Source: a bacterium
Lineage (GTDB): Bacteria; SZUA-182; DTGQ01
Direction of reading: 5' to 3'
DNA length: 30,578 nt
Assembly (NCBI GenBank): GCA_040752695.1
Contig: JBFMGO010000078.1
Location: 1 to 30,578, forward strand
Part shown: positions 18,451 through 27,086 of the stretch, piece after piece
Position numbering within the stretch: position 1 is the stretch's first letter
Layout: each line of letters begins with the position of its first letter
Position numbers and translations under genes: made by a program
Notes under the pieces: generated by a model
What the model was told of the DNA's origin: nothing
The model's database searches: none
The model's input: the letters and a program-made list of their open reading frames with translations, nothing else

Positions 18451-19233
18451 ATGAGGCAGGGGGAATCAAAGCGAAAAACATTCGTGCGAACTTTTTCTCT
18501 GGTTTTGGGATTCGTGACCTTTATAGCCGTATCAGGAGAAAGAATACGATTAACTCAAGGCTCTCAGGATGAAAGCACCGTTTGTCGGGGTGATCTTAAC
18601 CATGATGGAAAGATTACTCCCAACGATGCTCTTATTGCCTTTCGGTGTTACCTCCTCCCCGGATCATGCTCCGAGTTCGTTGATGAAAACGTTGATGTAA
18701 ACCAGGATGGTGAACTTACGCCGGCAGATGCTCTTTGCCTGTTTAGAAAATTTCTCGGGCAGCCATCCTGTCTGGAAAATTTACCGCCATCCTGTCTGGA
18801 AGAAGGTTTGGAAAATCAGTTTTCTCTCACCTATCATTATACGGCTGAGGCAACCTATTGTGATGTGAAAATCAGCCAATCAGAATTAATGTATACCTAT
18901 TTTGGGGAGATTGAAAAATGCAGGTACTGGATCGCTCAGTCCCCCTGCTGGTCCCAAGAAGATCTCGAAACCGTCCGGACAACTCTTTCAAGCGATGAGA
19001 TCAATGAAGTGATCAGCCTGATAAGGCAGACCGGTTTCATGGATCTTGAAGGCACATACGGCGGAGCGGGTCAGGGCGGGAGGTATTACCCTTATACCCT
19101 GTCCGTGAAGCTTGATGAAAGAGAGAAAGAGGTTGTCTACCAAAGCTTTCCGGATGCCTCTCCACGGCCCGTGGCCTTTGTAAAAGTGGAAAACAAAATA
19201 ATAGAGCTGGTCAGGATGAAATTCACGAAATAA
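18451..19233 (+). CDS. exported protein with a dockerin-like domain and an uncharacterised C-terminal domain
   Basis: ATG 18451 follows AAGGAGG (track start 18193 looks too long). Hydrophobic N-terminal segment, then duplicated GDLNHDGKITPNDAL and DVNQDGELTPADAL motifs. Confidence 0.75.
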   Translation: MRQGESKRKTFVRTFSLVLGFVTFIAVSGERIRLTQGSQDESTVCRGDLNHDGKITPNDALIAFRCYLLPGSCSEFVDENVDVNQDGELTPADALCLFRKFLGQPSCLENLPPSCLEEGLENQFSLTYHYTAEATYCDVKISQSELMYTYFGEIEKCRYWIAQSPCWSQEDLETVRTTLSSDEINEVISLIRQTGFMDLEGTYGGAGQGGRYYPYTLSVKLDEREKEVVYQSFPDASPRPVAFVKVENKIIELVRMKFTK

Positions 19234-19275
19234 AAAGCACATGTTTTCAATTACGTGCAACTGTTTTTTACCCCC

Positions 19276-19304
19276 TTGCAATGAAGGTTAAAATGCGCTA
19301 TCCT
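19276..19304 (+). promoter_or_regulatory. candidate sigma70 promoter for the GNAT-deacetylase gene
   Basis: TTGCAA, 17-nt spacer, TATCCT. Confidence 0.4.
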
Positions 19305-19441
19305 CGATATGAAAAGAGAGGTACTTTCTGCAACTTACACGGAAAATTACCCAAAGCGCAAGGGGAAAAGGGGGGGATGTCTCCTTCCTGTGTGAAGATT
19401 CCATCCCGTCACACACACATATACAACCATAAGGCAAAAGT

Positions 19442-21184
19442 ATGTTTCGAATCCGTCGTATTCATGACAGTCTGCTTCTTTCGAATAAAGCAGCCATCGC
19501 CCAGGTCCAGGACATTCTGCGGAGTCAATTTCCCAAACTGGCAGAGGCGAAAGTAGCTAAGATACCGGATTTATTGGATAATCCACTGAAGTATCGCTTT
19601 CGCTCCATCCTTTTTATAGCCGAAGGCTCAAAAGGATACGTTAAGGGCTTTGCCCTTTTAAGTCACGCTCCGAACCTGAATTTCTGTTATCTGGACTATA
19701 TCTCGGTCAAGAAGCAGAAAATGGGTGGTGGCATAGGAAGCGCCCTTTATGAGAGAGTCCGCCAGGAAGCCCTGTCTCTTAAAGCCGTGGGCATTTTTTT
19801 TGAATGCCTTCCCGATGATCCGCGATTATGCCGTGACCCTGAGGTATTGAAAAAAAATGCCGACAGGCTGCGCTTTTACGAAAACTACGGAGCCCGGCCT
19901 ATCGCTCATACGGCCTATGAGACTCCTTTGACTCCTGAGTGCGATAATCCTCCCTATCTGGTTTTCGACAATCTTGGACAGAATGCCAAATTACACCGAA
20001 ATCAGGCCCGTTTGATTGTCCGGGCCATACTGGAGGGTAAGTACGCTGATTTATGCACTCCTGAGTATACCGAAATGGTCGTTGAATCGTTCCGGGATAA
20101 TCCGATCCAATTGCGGGAGCCACGGTATGCATCCGGGGAAATCCTCCTCCCTCAACAGCTCCCTATTCCCGATGACCAGAAGATCCTCCTGGTGGTCAAT
20201 GATCAGCAGGCTATTCACCACATACGAGAGCGCGGGTATATAGAATCTCCGGTAAGAATAACATCGATTTTGGAGGAACTGAACAAGACCGGCCTTTTCC
20301 AGGATATTCCCCCCAGGCATTTTTCCGAGGAGCACATCAGAGCCATTCACGACCACCAATATATCGAATACTTTAAGAGAATATGTGCTAAACTGGAACC
20401 GGATAAGTCTATCTATCCCTATGTTTTCCCGATTCGAAATGCTGCCCGGCCCCCGAAGGAGCTTGAAGTCCGGGCAGGGTACTACTGCATCGATACCTTC
20501 ACGCCCTTAAACCGCAGCGCCTTCCTGGCAGCCAAAAGAGCGGTAGACTGCACCTTGACAGCGGCCCAAAAAGTCCTCGAAGGGTATCGCCTGGTCTATG
20601 CCCTGGTGCGGCCTCCCGGCCACCACGCCGAGCGGCGCTCATTCGGCGGGTTCTGCTATTTCAATTCTGCGGCCATTGCCAGCCATTACCTGAGTCGATA
20701 TGGAAAGGTAGGCATCCTCGATATCGACTATCACCATGGAAACGGGCAGCAGGATGTATTCTATCATCGCTCCGATGTCATGACCGTTTCCATTCATGGA
20801 CATCCGCGTTTTGCCTATCCCTATTTCAGCGGCTTCGAGGAGGAAACAGGGATAGGGGAGGGTGAGGGGTATAACGTCAATTTCCCTCTGCCTGAGCACG
20901 TCGATGGGCTCAAGTACCGGGAAACTCTGGCCAAGGCGCTCAGGCATCTCGTCGAGTATAAGCCTCAGTTTCTCGTCGTTGCCCTCGGTCTTGACACAGC
21001 CAAGGGAGATCCGACCGGCACCTGGAGCTTGCGCGCCAAAGACTTTGAAAATAATGGAAAATTGATTGGTGCCTTTCACCTGCCGACAATCGTTGTTCAA
21101 GAGGGAGGGTATAATACGAGAGTTCTTGGCATCAATGCCCGCCATTTTTTAAAGGGCCTGTGGTCAGGCACGTATCGGCCGTAA
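19442..21184 (+). CDS. GNAT acetyltransferase fused to a Zn-dependent histone-deacetylase-family (acetylpolyamine amidohydrolase-like) domain
   Basis: N-terminal YLDYISVKKQKMGGGIGSALY and LRFYENYG (GNAT). C-terminal RPPGHHA, GGFCYFN, LDIDYHHGNG, VSIH, ALGLD and QEGGY (HDAC family). Confidence 0.9.
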   Translation: MFRIRRIHDSLLLSNKAAIAQVQDILRSQFPKLAEAKVAKIPDLLDNPLKYRFRSILFIAEGSKGYVKGFALLSHAPNLNFCYLDYISVKKQKMGGGIGSALYERVRQEALSLKAVGIFFECLPDDPRLCRDPEVLKKNADRLRFYENYGARPIAHTAYETPLTPECDNPPYLVFDNLGQNAKLHRNQARLIVRAILEGKYADLCTPEYTEMVVESFRDNPIQLREPRYASGEILLPQQLPIPDDQKILLVVNDQQAIHHIRERGYIESPVRITSILEELNKTGLFQDIPPRHFSEEHIRAIHDHQYIEYFKRICAKLEPDKSIYPYVFPIRNAARPPKELEVRAGYYCIDTFTPLNRSAFLAAKRAVDCTLTAAQKVLEGYRLVYALVRPPGHHAERRSFGGFCYFNSAAIASHYLSRYGKVGILDIDYHHGNGQQDVFYHRSDVMTVSIHGHPRFAYPYFSGFEEETGIGEGEGYNVNFPLPEHVDGLKYRETLAKALRHLVEYKPQFLVVALGLDTAKGDPTGTWSLRAKDFENNGKLIGAFHLPTIVVQEGGYNTRVLGINARHFLKGLWSGTYRP

Positions 21185-21350
21185 CCGGCGCAGGTCTGAA
21201 ATCCTCCATTATTCTTCCTCAGGGCTCTCTATTATTCCTGCCTCAGCGCTCTGATTTACCTGATTTCCTGTCGTGATAATTCTTTTGATCACCCGAAAAT
21301 GGATTAACGCATGATAATCAGAAGAAAGGAAGGTTTAGAAAGGAAGGCTT

Positions 21351-22403
21351 ATGCAAGAGATGGAAACGAGATACCGGGATGATTTTTGCCAGCGGTGCGG
21401 GGAGATTTCCTGCACCCTCAACTTCGATGAAGCTTTAAAAACCATTTTGGACAATGTGGAACGCTGTCTTGATATTCAGGCATCTTCCATCCATCTGGCT
21501 GATCCGGCCTCTCAAACCGCATCTGTTGTCGCGGCCAGAAATCTCTCCAAGGAGTATGCCTATCAGCCTCCTATCCGATTGGAAGACAGTCCGGTGGAGC
21601 GGGAAGCATTAAAAGGAAAGACTATTACCATTGCTGATGCAAGAGAAAATCCAGCATACCGGAAACTTGCTGAATCCGAGGGAGTGCGATCCATCCTCTG
21701 TGCACCTCTCAAATCCAAGGAGCGTATCATCGGCAGCCTGTGGCTTTTTACACGCGAAGTGCGTCAGTTCGATCCGGGGGAGATCAGCTATGTCACTACC
21801 CTGGCCGGGCAGGCGGGGGTAGTACTGAACAACGCCAAGCTGTATCAGAGCCTGCACGCCCTGTCCGAGGTAGGCAAAGCCATTACTTCGCGTCTCAATC
21901 TGGAGGAGGTCCTGCAGATGATTGTGGAAAAGGCTACTCAGCTCATGGGGGGGAAAGGTGCTTCCATCCTCTTGATAGCCCGGCAGGAGGAGACCATGGA
22001 AGTAAGTGCTACCTATGGCCTGAGTGAGCGGTTTTTAAGAAAAGGGCCGGTACACGTCGAAAAATCCCTCAGGGATTGCCTGGACCGCCAGATGGTGATT
22101 CCTGATGTTTCAAAGAGCCCGGATGTGCAGTATCCGGAGCGCCTGGCTGAGGAGGGAATCCGATCCATTCTTTGTACGCCCCTGACGGTCAGGGGAAGAT
22201 CGATAGGCACCTTGAGGGTGTATATGATACATCCCAGGGAATTTTCAGTGGAAGACCTGCAACTGTTCCAGATTCTCTCGGATTTTGGCGGCATTGCTAT
22301 TGAAAATGCACGATTATACAATCACATAAAAAGAGACTATGAAGATTTGACACAGGATGTCTGGCAGTGGTATGATTGGGGTAAGAGGGCACCTAACATA
22401 TGA
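21351..22403 (+). CDS. stand-alone tandem GAF-domain protein
   Basis: Two repeats ending SILCAPLK..IIGSL...VLNNAKLY and SILCTPLT..SIGTL...IAIENARLY. No output domain follows. Confidence 0.9.
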   Translation: MQEMETRYRDDFCQRCGEISCTLNFDEALKTILDNVERCLDIQASSIHLADPASQTASVVAARNLSKEYAYQPPIRLEDSPVEREALKGKTITIADARENPAYRKLAESEGVRSILCAPLKSKERIIGSLWLFTREVRQFDPGEISYVTTLAGQAGVVLNNAKLYQSLHALSEVGKAITSRLNLEEVLQMIVEKATQLMGGKGASILLIARQEETMEVSATYGLSERFLRKGPVHVEKSLRDCLDRQMVIPDVSKSPDVQYPERLAEEGIRSILCTPLTVRGRSIGTLRVYMIHPREFSVEDLQLFQILSDFGGIAIENARLYNHIKRDYEDLTQDVWQWYDWGKRAPNI

Positions 22404-22494
22404 TAAAATATGAACTTATGACCTCCGGGCTGAAGATATATTGTTTATCTTGATGATTAATTGCTTAAGAATGAAGGATTAAGGGTGTAAAAGA

Positions 22495-23571
22495 ATGCAG
22501 GGGCAAGCGTTTATCATTGAAAAAGACCAGCTTTTTTCCTGGCTGGAAGAGCTGCAACAGGGATTTCAACTGATCGGACCGGTAGAGGGGGAAGGTGGAC
22601 CTGCCTTTGTCAGGGTCCAATCCGTGAAAGACCTGAATATACAGTATGGCCTCACCATGATGGGGCCGCAAACATATCTTTTTCCCCCCAAGGAGCGCAT
22701 GTGTACCATTCAGGAGAGGGATGGAAAGTATGAAGTGCAAACCATGGAAACGGCTCCCCGGCAGGTCTTATTTGGTGTGCATTCCTGCGATCTCCATGCC
22801 ATTTTGGTACTTGACAAGGCATTTTTGAAACCGGGAATGGAGGATCATAATTACCGTCTGTGGCGTGAAAACACGGTGGTGATTGGCCTTCATTGCCCTC
22901 GCGTTTATCCGCAGTGCTTTTGCGCCTCCATGGGCACCGGCCCTTTTTTCGAGCCGAAGGAAGGGTATGATTTCCTCTTGACCGACCTGGGAGACAGCTA
23001 CCTGGCCGAAACTCTGGGAGACCGTGCACTAAGGCTTATTTCCTCTTTGAATCCGCGTCTGGCTACCCAGGAGCATTTTGATAAAAAAAGCCGGATTGAC
23101 CGGGAGTTGAGGAGTCAATTTCAAAAGGAGATTGATACGACCCATCTGGTCGAGGTCATTTCGCGTAACCAGGATCATCCGGTCTGGTCGCGGACAGCGG
23201 ACCGCCGGTGCCTGGGCTGCACCAATTGTACGGCAGTCTGTCCGACCTGTTTTTGCTACAATGTGAAGGACCTCATCAGCTTTGATTTAACGCAGTGTGA
23301 ACGGACCCGGTATAAAGACTCCTGTCAGGAACTGCATTTTGCCCAGATGCACGAGTTAAATGCCCGCTCCACGCGTACAGCCCGTTTGCGACAGTTTGTC
23401 ACGCATAAGCTGGCTACCTGGGTGGAGCAATTCGGCTGCTTTGGCTGCATTGGCTGCGGCCGCTGCATGACCTGGTGCCCCACCAAGATCGACCTGACAG
23501 ATATGGCCAAGGAGATCATGGCTTCGGAAGGCCGCCAGGCAGTCAGAAGGGCTCAAACAAAAACAGGGTGA
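22495..23571 (+). CDS. hydB: group 3b [NiFe]-hydrogenase (sulfhydrogenase) beta subunit, Fe-S protein
   Basis: GVHSCDLHAI, CFCASMG, CLGCTNCTAVCPTCFC, GCIGCGRCMTWCPTKID. First gene of the four-gene cluster. Confidence 0.9.
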   Translation: MQGQAFIIEKDQLFSWLEELQQGFQLIGPVEGEGGPAFVRVQSVKDLNIQYGLTMMGPQTYLFPPKERMCTIQERDGKYEVQTMETAPRQVLFGVHSCDLHAILVLDKAFLKPGMEDHNYRLWRENTVVIGLHCPRVYPQCFCASMGTGPFFEPKEGYDFLLTDLGDSYLAETLGDRALRLISSLNPRLATQEHFDKKSRIDRELRSQFQKEIDTTHLVEVISRNQDHPVWSRTADRRCLGCTNCTAVCPTCFCYNVKDLISFDLTQCERTRYKDSCQELHFAQMHELNARSTRTARLRQFVTHKLATWVEQFGCFGCIGCGRCMTWCPTKIDLTDMAKEIMASEGRQAVRRAQTKTG

Positions 23572-23659
23572 CAAGGGGGAAATTAGTACATAAGGGAGCA
23601 GTAAGGCTGACAGGATGATAAAGTTAATTGACTGACTAAGGTAATGGAGTAATAAGGCT

Positions 23660-24487
23660 ATGGATAATCCATACTATCGAACCGCCCGTCTTCTTGAGAT
23701 TCAACCGGAGACAGAAGATACAAGCTCCTATGTGTTTGCCCTGGAGGATGGGCAGAGTTTCCGGTATTCTCCCGGCCAGTTCAATATGCTTGGCCTGCCG
23801 GGTACGGAGGAGGCGGCCATTTCCTTCAGTTCTCTGGCCACGGCGGACAGCAGCCGGTTTACTCATACCATTCGCAGGCTGGGAAATGTAACCAATCTGA
23901 TCGGGAAATTGAACGTTGGCCAGAGGTTGATGATGCGCGGACCCTTTGGGAACGGCTGGCCCATTGAAAAGGCTGTCGGGTGTGACGTCCTGCTGGTAAC
24001 CGGCGGACTTGGGCTGGCGCCCATAAGACCACTGCTTTTGCACTGCCTGGAGAAAAGAAACCAGATCAGGAACCTGGTTTTGATTCACGGGGCAAGAACC
24101 CCGGATGACATGATTTTTCAAAAAAATCTGACTCTCTGGCAAGATCAGGATAAGCTGACCACTATTTATTGTGTGGATCAACTCACCAGGAAATCTCCCC
24201 TGGATCTTCGGGTAGGGCTCGTGACCCAGTTCATGGAGGGGCTGGATCTTGACCTTCGCACTACCCTCGCCTGTGTGTGCGGCCCGGAGATCATGATGCG
24301 GTTTGTGGCCCGCACCCTTCTTTTACAGGGCTATAGGGAGGACCGGATTTATGTCTCCATGGAAAGGAGAATGCGCTGCGGAACCGGTCACTGCGGTCAC
24401 TGCCAGATCGGTCCTAAATTTGTCTGCCAGGACGGGCCGATCTTCTCGTATCCGGACATCAGCCGGTTTCCTGATACGACTTTATAG
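23660..24487 (+). CDS. hydG: group 3b hydrogenase gamma subunit (FAD/NAD(P)-binding, 2Fe-2S)
   Basis: PGQFNML, RGPFGNGW, GGLGLAP, CGPEIMM, ERRMRCGTGHCGHC...VCQDGP. Confidence 0.9.
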   Translation: MDNPYYRTARLLEIQPETEDTSSYVFALEDGQSFRYSPGQFNMLGLPGTEEAAISFSSLATADSSRFTHTIRRLGNVTNLIGKLNVGQRLMMRGPFGNGWPIEKAVGCDVLLVTGGLGLAPIRPLLLHCLEKRNQIRNLVLIHGARTPDDMIFQKNLTLWQDQDKLTTIYCVDQLTRKSPLDLRVGLVTQFMEGLDLDLRTTLACVCGPEIMMRFVARTLLLQGYREDRIYVSMERRMRCGTGHCGHCQIGPKFVCQDGPIFSYPDISRFPDTTL

Positions 24488-24611
24488 CAAGAAGGATCAA
24501 GGGCAAAAAGGATCAAAGGCGGGAAAAAGGGTGGATACGGAAAGCATGACAGGGGAGCAGGATCGGGAAAGAGAGAGTAACCCGGGGAAAGAGGAAAAGA
24601 GGGAGTAACCC

Positions 24612-25412
24612 ATGGTAATACAAAAGAAAAAGATCCGGCTGGGGATCTTTAAATATAGCTGCTGTGCAGGGTGTGAATTTGAATTAATATTCTTTCAAAA
24701 GCATGTCAGGGAAGTGTTCGAAAATGCCGAGGTTGTCTACTTCAGAATGGGGCAGAGCGGAGGAAGGGAAGAAGGCCCTTTTGACCTTGTTCTGATCGAT
24801 GGTGCCATTACCGAGGCCTGGCAGGCAGATCAGTTGAAGAAGGTCCGGGAGGCCACCAGATACCTGCTTCCCATAGGTTCTTGTGCAGTCAACGGTGGCA
24901 TCCCGGCCATCAAAAACCATACCTCGGAGCTGGACATGGAAAAGAGGGTTTACCAGGAAATTTCTCCCATTCATTCCATGAAAACCCACGCGGTTGATGA
25001 TTATGTCCGGGTAGACGGGTACATAAAAGGGTGTCCTATCGGCAGGAGGGATCTCGATGAGGCCTTTACCTCCCTTTTGCTGGGCAAAAAAAAGCCCGAC
25101 TTTTTCAACTATTCGGTCTGCGTGGAGTGCAAACAAAAGGGGAACACCTGTGTGCTGGTATCCTATGGCTGGCCCTGCATGGGGCCGGTCACGAATGCGG
25201 GGTGCGGCGCCTTATGCCCTTCGTATAACCGAGCCTGTTATGCCTGCTGGGGTCCAATGGAAGACGCCAATGCACCAGCCCTGGCCCGGCAATTTGAAAA
25301 GATGGGGTTAACCGCAGACGATATTTTCCGCAGGTTCACCCAGTACGGATCACCCAAACCGGAATTTCGCAGGGGAGCAGAACTCTATGGATCAACAACA
25401 TCATCACGCTAA
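24612..25412 (+). CDS. hydD: group 3b hydrogenase delta (small) subunit
   Basis: SCCAGC, IGSCAVNGGI, GCP, VCVECK...PCMGPVTNAGCGALCP...CYACWGP. Confidence 0.9.
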   Translation: MVIQKKKIRLGIFKYSCCAGCEFELIFFQKHVREVFENAEVVYFRMGQSGGREEGPFDLVLIDGAITEAWQADQLKKVREATRYLLPIGSCAVNGGIPAIKNHTSELDMEKRVYQEISPIHSMKTHAVDDYVRVDGYIKGCPIGRRDLDEAFTSLLLGKKKPDFFNYSVCVECKQKGNTCVLVSYGWPCMGPVTNAGCGALCPSYNRACYACWGPMEDANAPALARQFEKMGLTADDIFRRFTQYGSPKPEFRRGAELYGSTTSSR

Positions 25413-26703
25413 ACCTCAACAGGAACTCCCGAAAACCAGAACCATAGTTGTCGATTACCTGGCCCGGACAGAAGGCGAAAGTGACCTGCTGGTAAGGGTG
25501 GGGGACCGGGATGTTCAGGAGATCAAACTGAAAATCTTTGAGCCGCCCCGGTTTTTCGAGGGATTTTTAGTGGGGAGAAAATTCAGTGAGGCAGGAGATA
25601 TCGTCTCGCGTATTTGCGGCATCTGCCCCATCTCACATATGACTACCTCTTTGCAGGCCGTAGAAGACGCCATGGGCATCGTGCCCAGCCGGCAGACCAA
25701 ACTTTTGCGCAGGCTCATGTGCGTATCCCAGATAGTTGCCAGTCATATTGTTCATCTGTACATGTTTGCCCTGCCCGATTACTTCGGGTATCCGGGATTT
25801 GTAGACATGATGCCTAAATTTGAAAAAGAAACCAATTACTTTCTCACCATGAAAGATGCCATAAATAATGTGGCAGAGCAGATCGGCGGACGTCCCCTTC
25901 ACCCTGTCTCTATGGTGGTCAATGGTTTCACCAAGGTGCCGGACAGGGAAACCCTGGCCTCTCTGGCCGAAGGGATCAAGTCAGTATTGCCTATGGCCTA
26001 TGATGCCGCCCGCATGATGAGCGAGTTGCCCTATCCTGACCTTCAAACCGAGGGCGATTTTGCTGCTCTTCGAAAAGAGGGAGGGGAGGGCGTCGAGTAT
26101 GCCATCAACGAGGGCCGGCTTATCTCCTCCCGTGGTTTGAATCTGGAAATTCACCAGTACGCTTCCGCTCTTCATGAGGAAGAGCAGGATTATGCCCATA
26201 CCAAAAAATCTTTCCTGAAAGACGGAGGCACCATCATGACCGGTGCCCTGGCCAGAGTGAACCTCAAGTTCGACCAGCTTGATGGCGATACCAAAAAACT
26301 TGCCCGCGAAATGGGCTTTTGCGTGCCGGATAAAAACCCCTACCATAACATTCTGGCACAGACACTGGAGATCTACGACGGAATGATCGAGTGCATCCGC
26401 CTGCTTTCGGAAATCGTTCCTGAAAAGGAAAAACCCCAGGTGGAAATCAGGGCAGGGGAGGGCATGGCTATTACCGAAGCCCCCCGCGGACTGCTCATGC
26501 ACAGCTATGCTATCAATCGCCACGGCGTGATCGAAAAGGCAAACCTGGTTACCCCCACCTCCCATAACTTTGCCAATATCGAAAAGGATCTTCGTGCGCT
26601 GGCTTTAGCCTATGCCCAAAGCGACGAACACGACGCCCTGCGCATGAAATGCGAACAGCTCATCCGGGCCTATGATCCGTGCTTTTCCTGCTCCGTGCAT
26701 TAA
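25387..26703 (+). CDS. hydA: group 3b [NiFe]-hydrogenase alpha (large) subunit
   Basis: ARTEGE, EPPRFFE, L1 motif RICGICPISH, EAPRG, L2 motif RAYDPCFSCSVH followed by a stop. Confidence 0.93.
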   Translation: MDQQHHHAKPQQELPKTRTIVVDYLARTEGESDLLVRVGDRDVQEIKLKIFEPPRFFEGFLVGRKFSEAGDIVSRICGICPISHMTTSLQAVEDAMGIVPSRQTKLLRRLMCVSQIVASHIVHLYMFALPDYFGYPGFVDMMPKFEKETNYFLTMKDAINNVAEQIGGRPLHPVSMVVNGFTKVPDRETLASLAEGIKSVLPMAYDAARMMSELPYPDLQTEGDFAALRKEGGEGVEYAINEGRLISSRGLNLEIHQYASALHEEEQDYAHTKKSFLKDGGTIMTGALARVNLKFDQLDGDTKKLAREMGFCVPDKNPYHNILAQTLEIYDGMIECIRLLSEIVPEKEKPQVEIRAGEGMAITEAPRGLLMHSYAINRHGVIEKANLVTPTSHNFANIEKDLRALALAYAQSDEHDALRMKCEQLIRAYDPCFSCSVH

Positions 26704-26904
26704 CATTTCGTGACTTTATTGAATAATCCGAAGCTCTCGTACTTTTGGATTATTTATATACCACGCTGGCCATCAGTGTGACACCCCCTCTGCCTGCTTC
26801 TCTGCCATCCATCACTAGCAAGGGAATGATAAATGACGAAAAGTATAGTTCGGCATTTGTCTTCTCGTTGTTTATATGAGGAATCTTGAATTCGTATTTT
26901 TTTC

Positions 26905-26934
26905 TTGACATAATATACTTATAATCATTATATT
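26905..26934 (+). promoter_or_regulatory. candidate sigma70 promoter for the large surface-protein gene
   Basis: TTGACA (26905-26910), 18-nt spacer, TATATT. The tract is very AT-rich, so a chance match is possible. Confidence 0.45.
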
Positions 26935-27086
26935 ATAATATATTACTTTAAATTTAGAAATTTTACCACCAGTCTCAAAGATGAAATTGATAAACAAATT
27001 CGCTTATATGTAATAAACAGCACAGGGATTCTTCCATATGGGAGAGAGGCAACGAATTGTTTCCTTAATAGAGGAGAAGGAAGGCA

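Noticed and set aside
19371..19420. CRP site or riboswitch in the GNAT-deacetylase leader (TGTGTGA...TCACACA, GGGATG/CATCCC)
   Set aside because: The half-site spacing is 13 nt rather than the 6 nt of a CRP site, the stems are short, and no known aptamer consensus is recognisable.
22495..24487. Anaerobic sulfite reductase asrAB
   Set aside because: The genes are homologous, but they are followed by [NiFe] small and large subunits rather than a siroheme AsrC.
26660..26703. Selenocysteine-containing [NiFeSe] hydrogenase
   Set aside because: Both L2 cysteines are TGC codons and there is no in-frame TGA.
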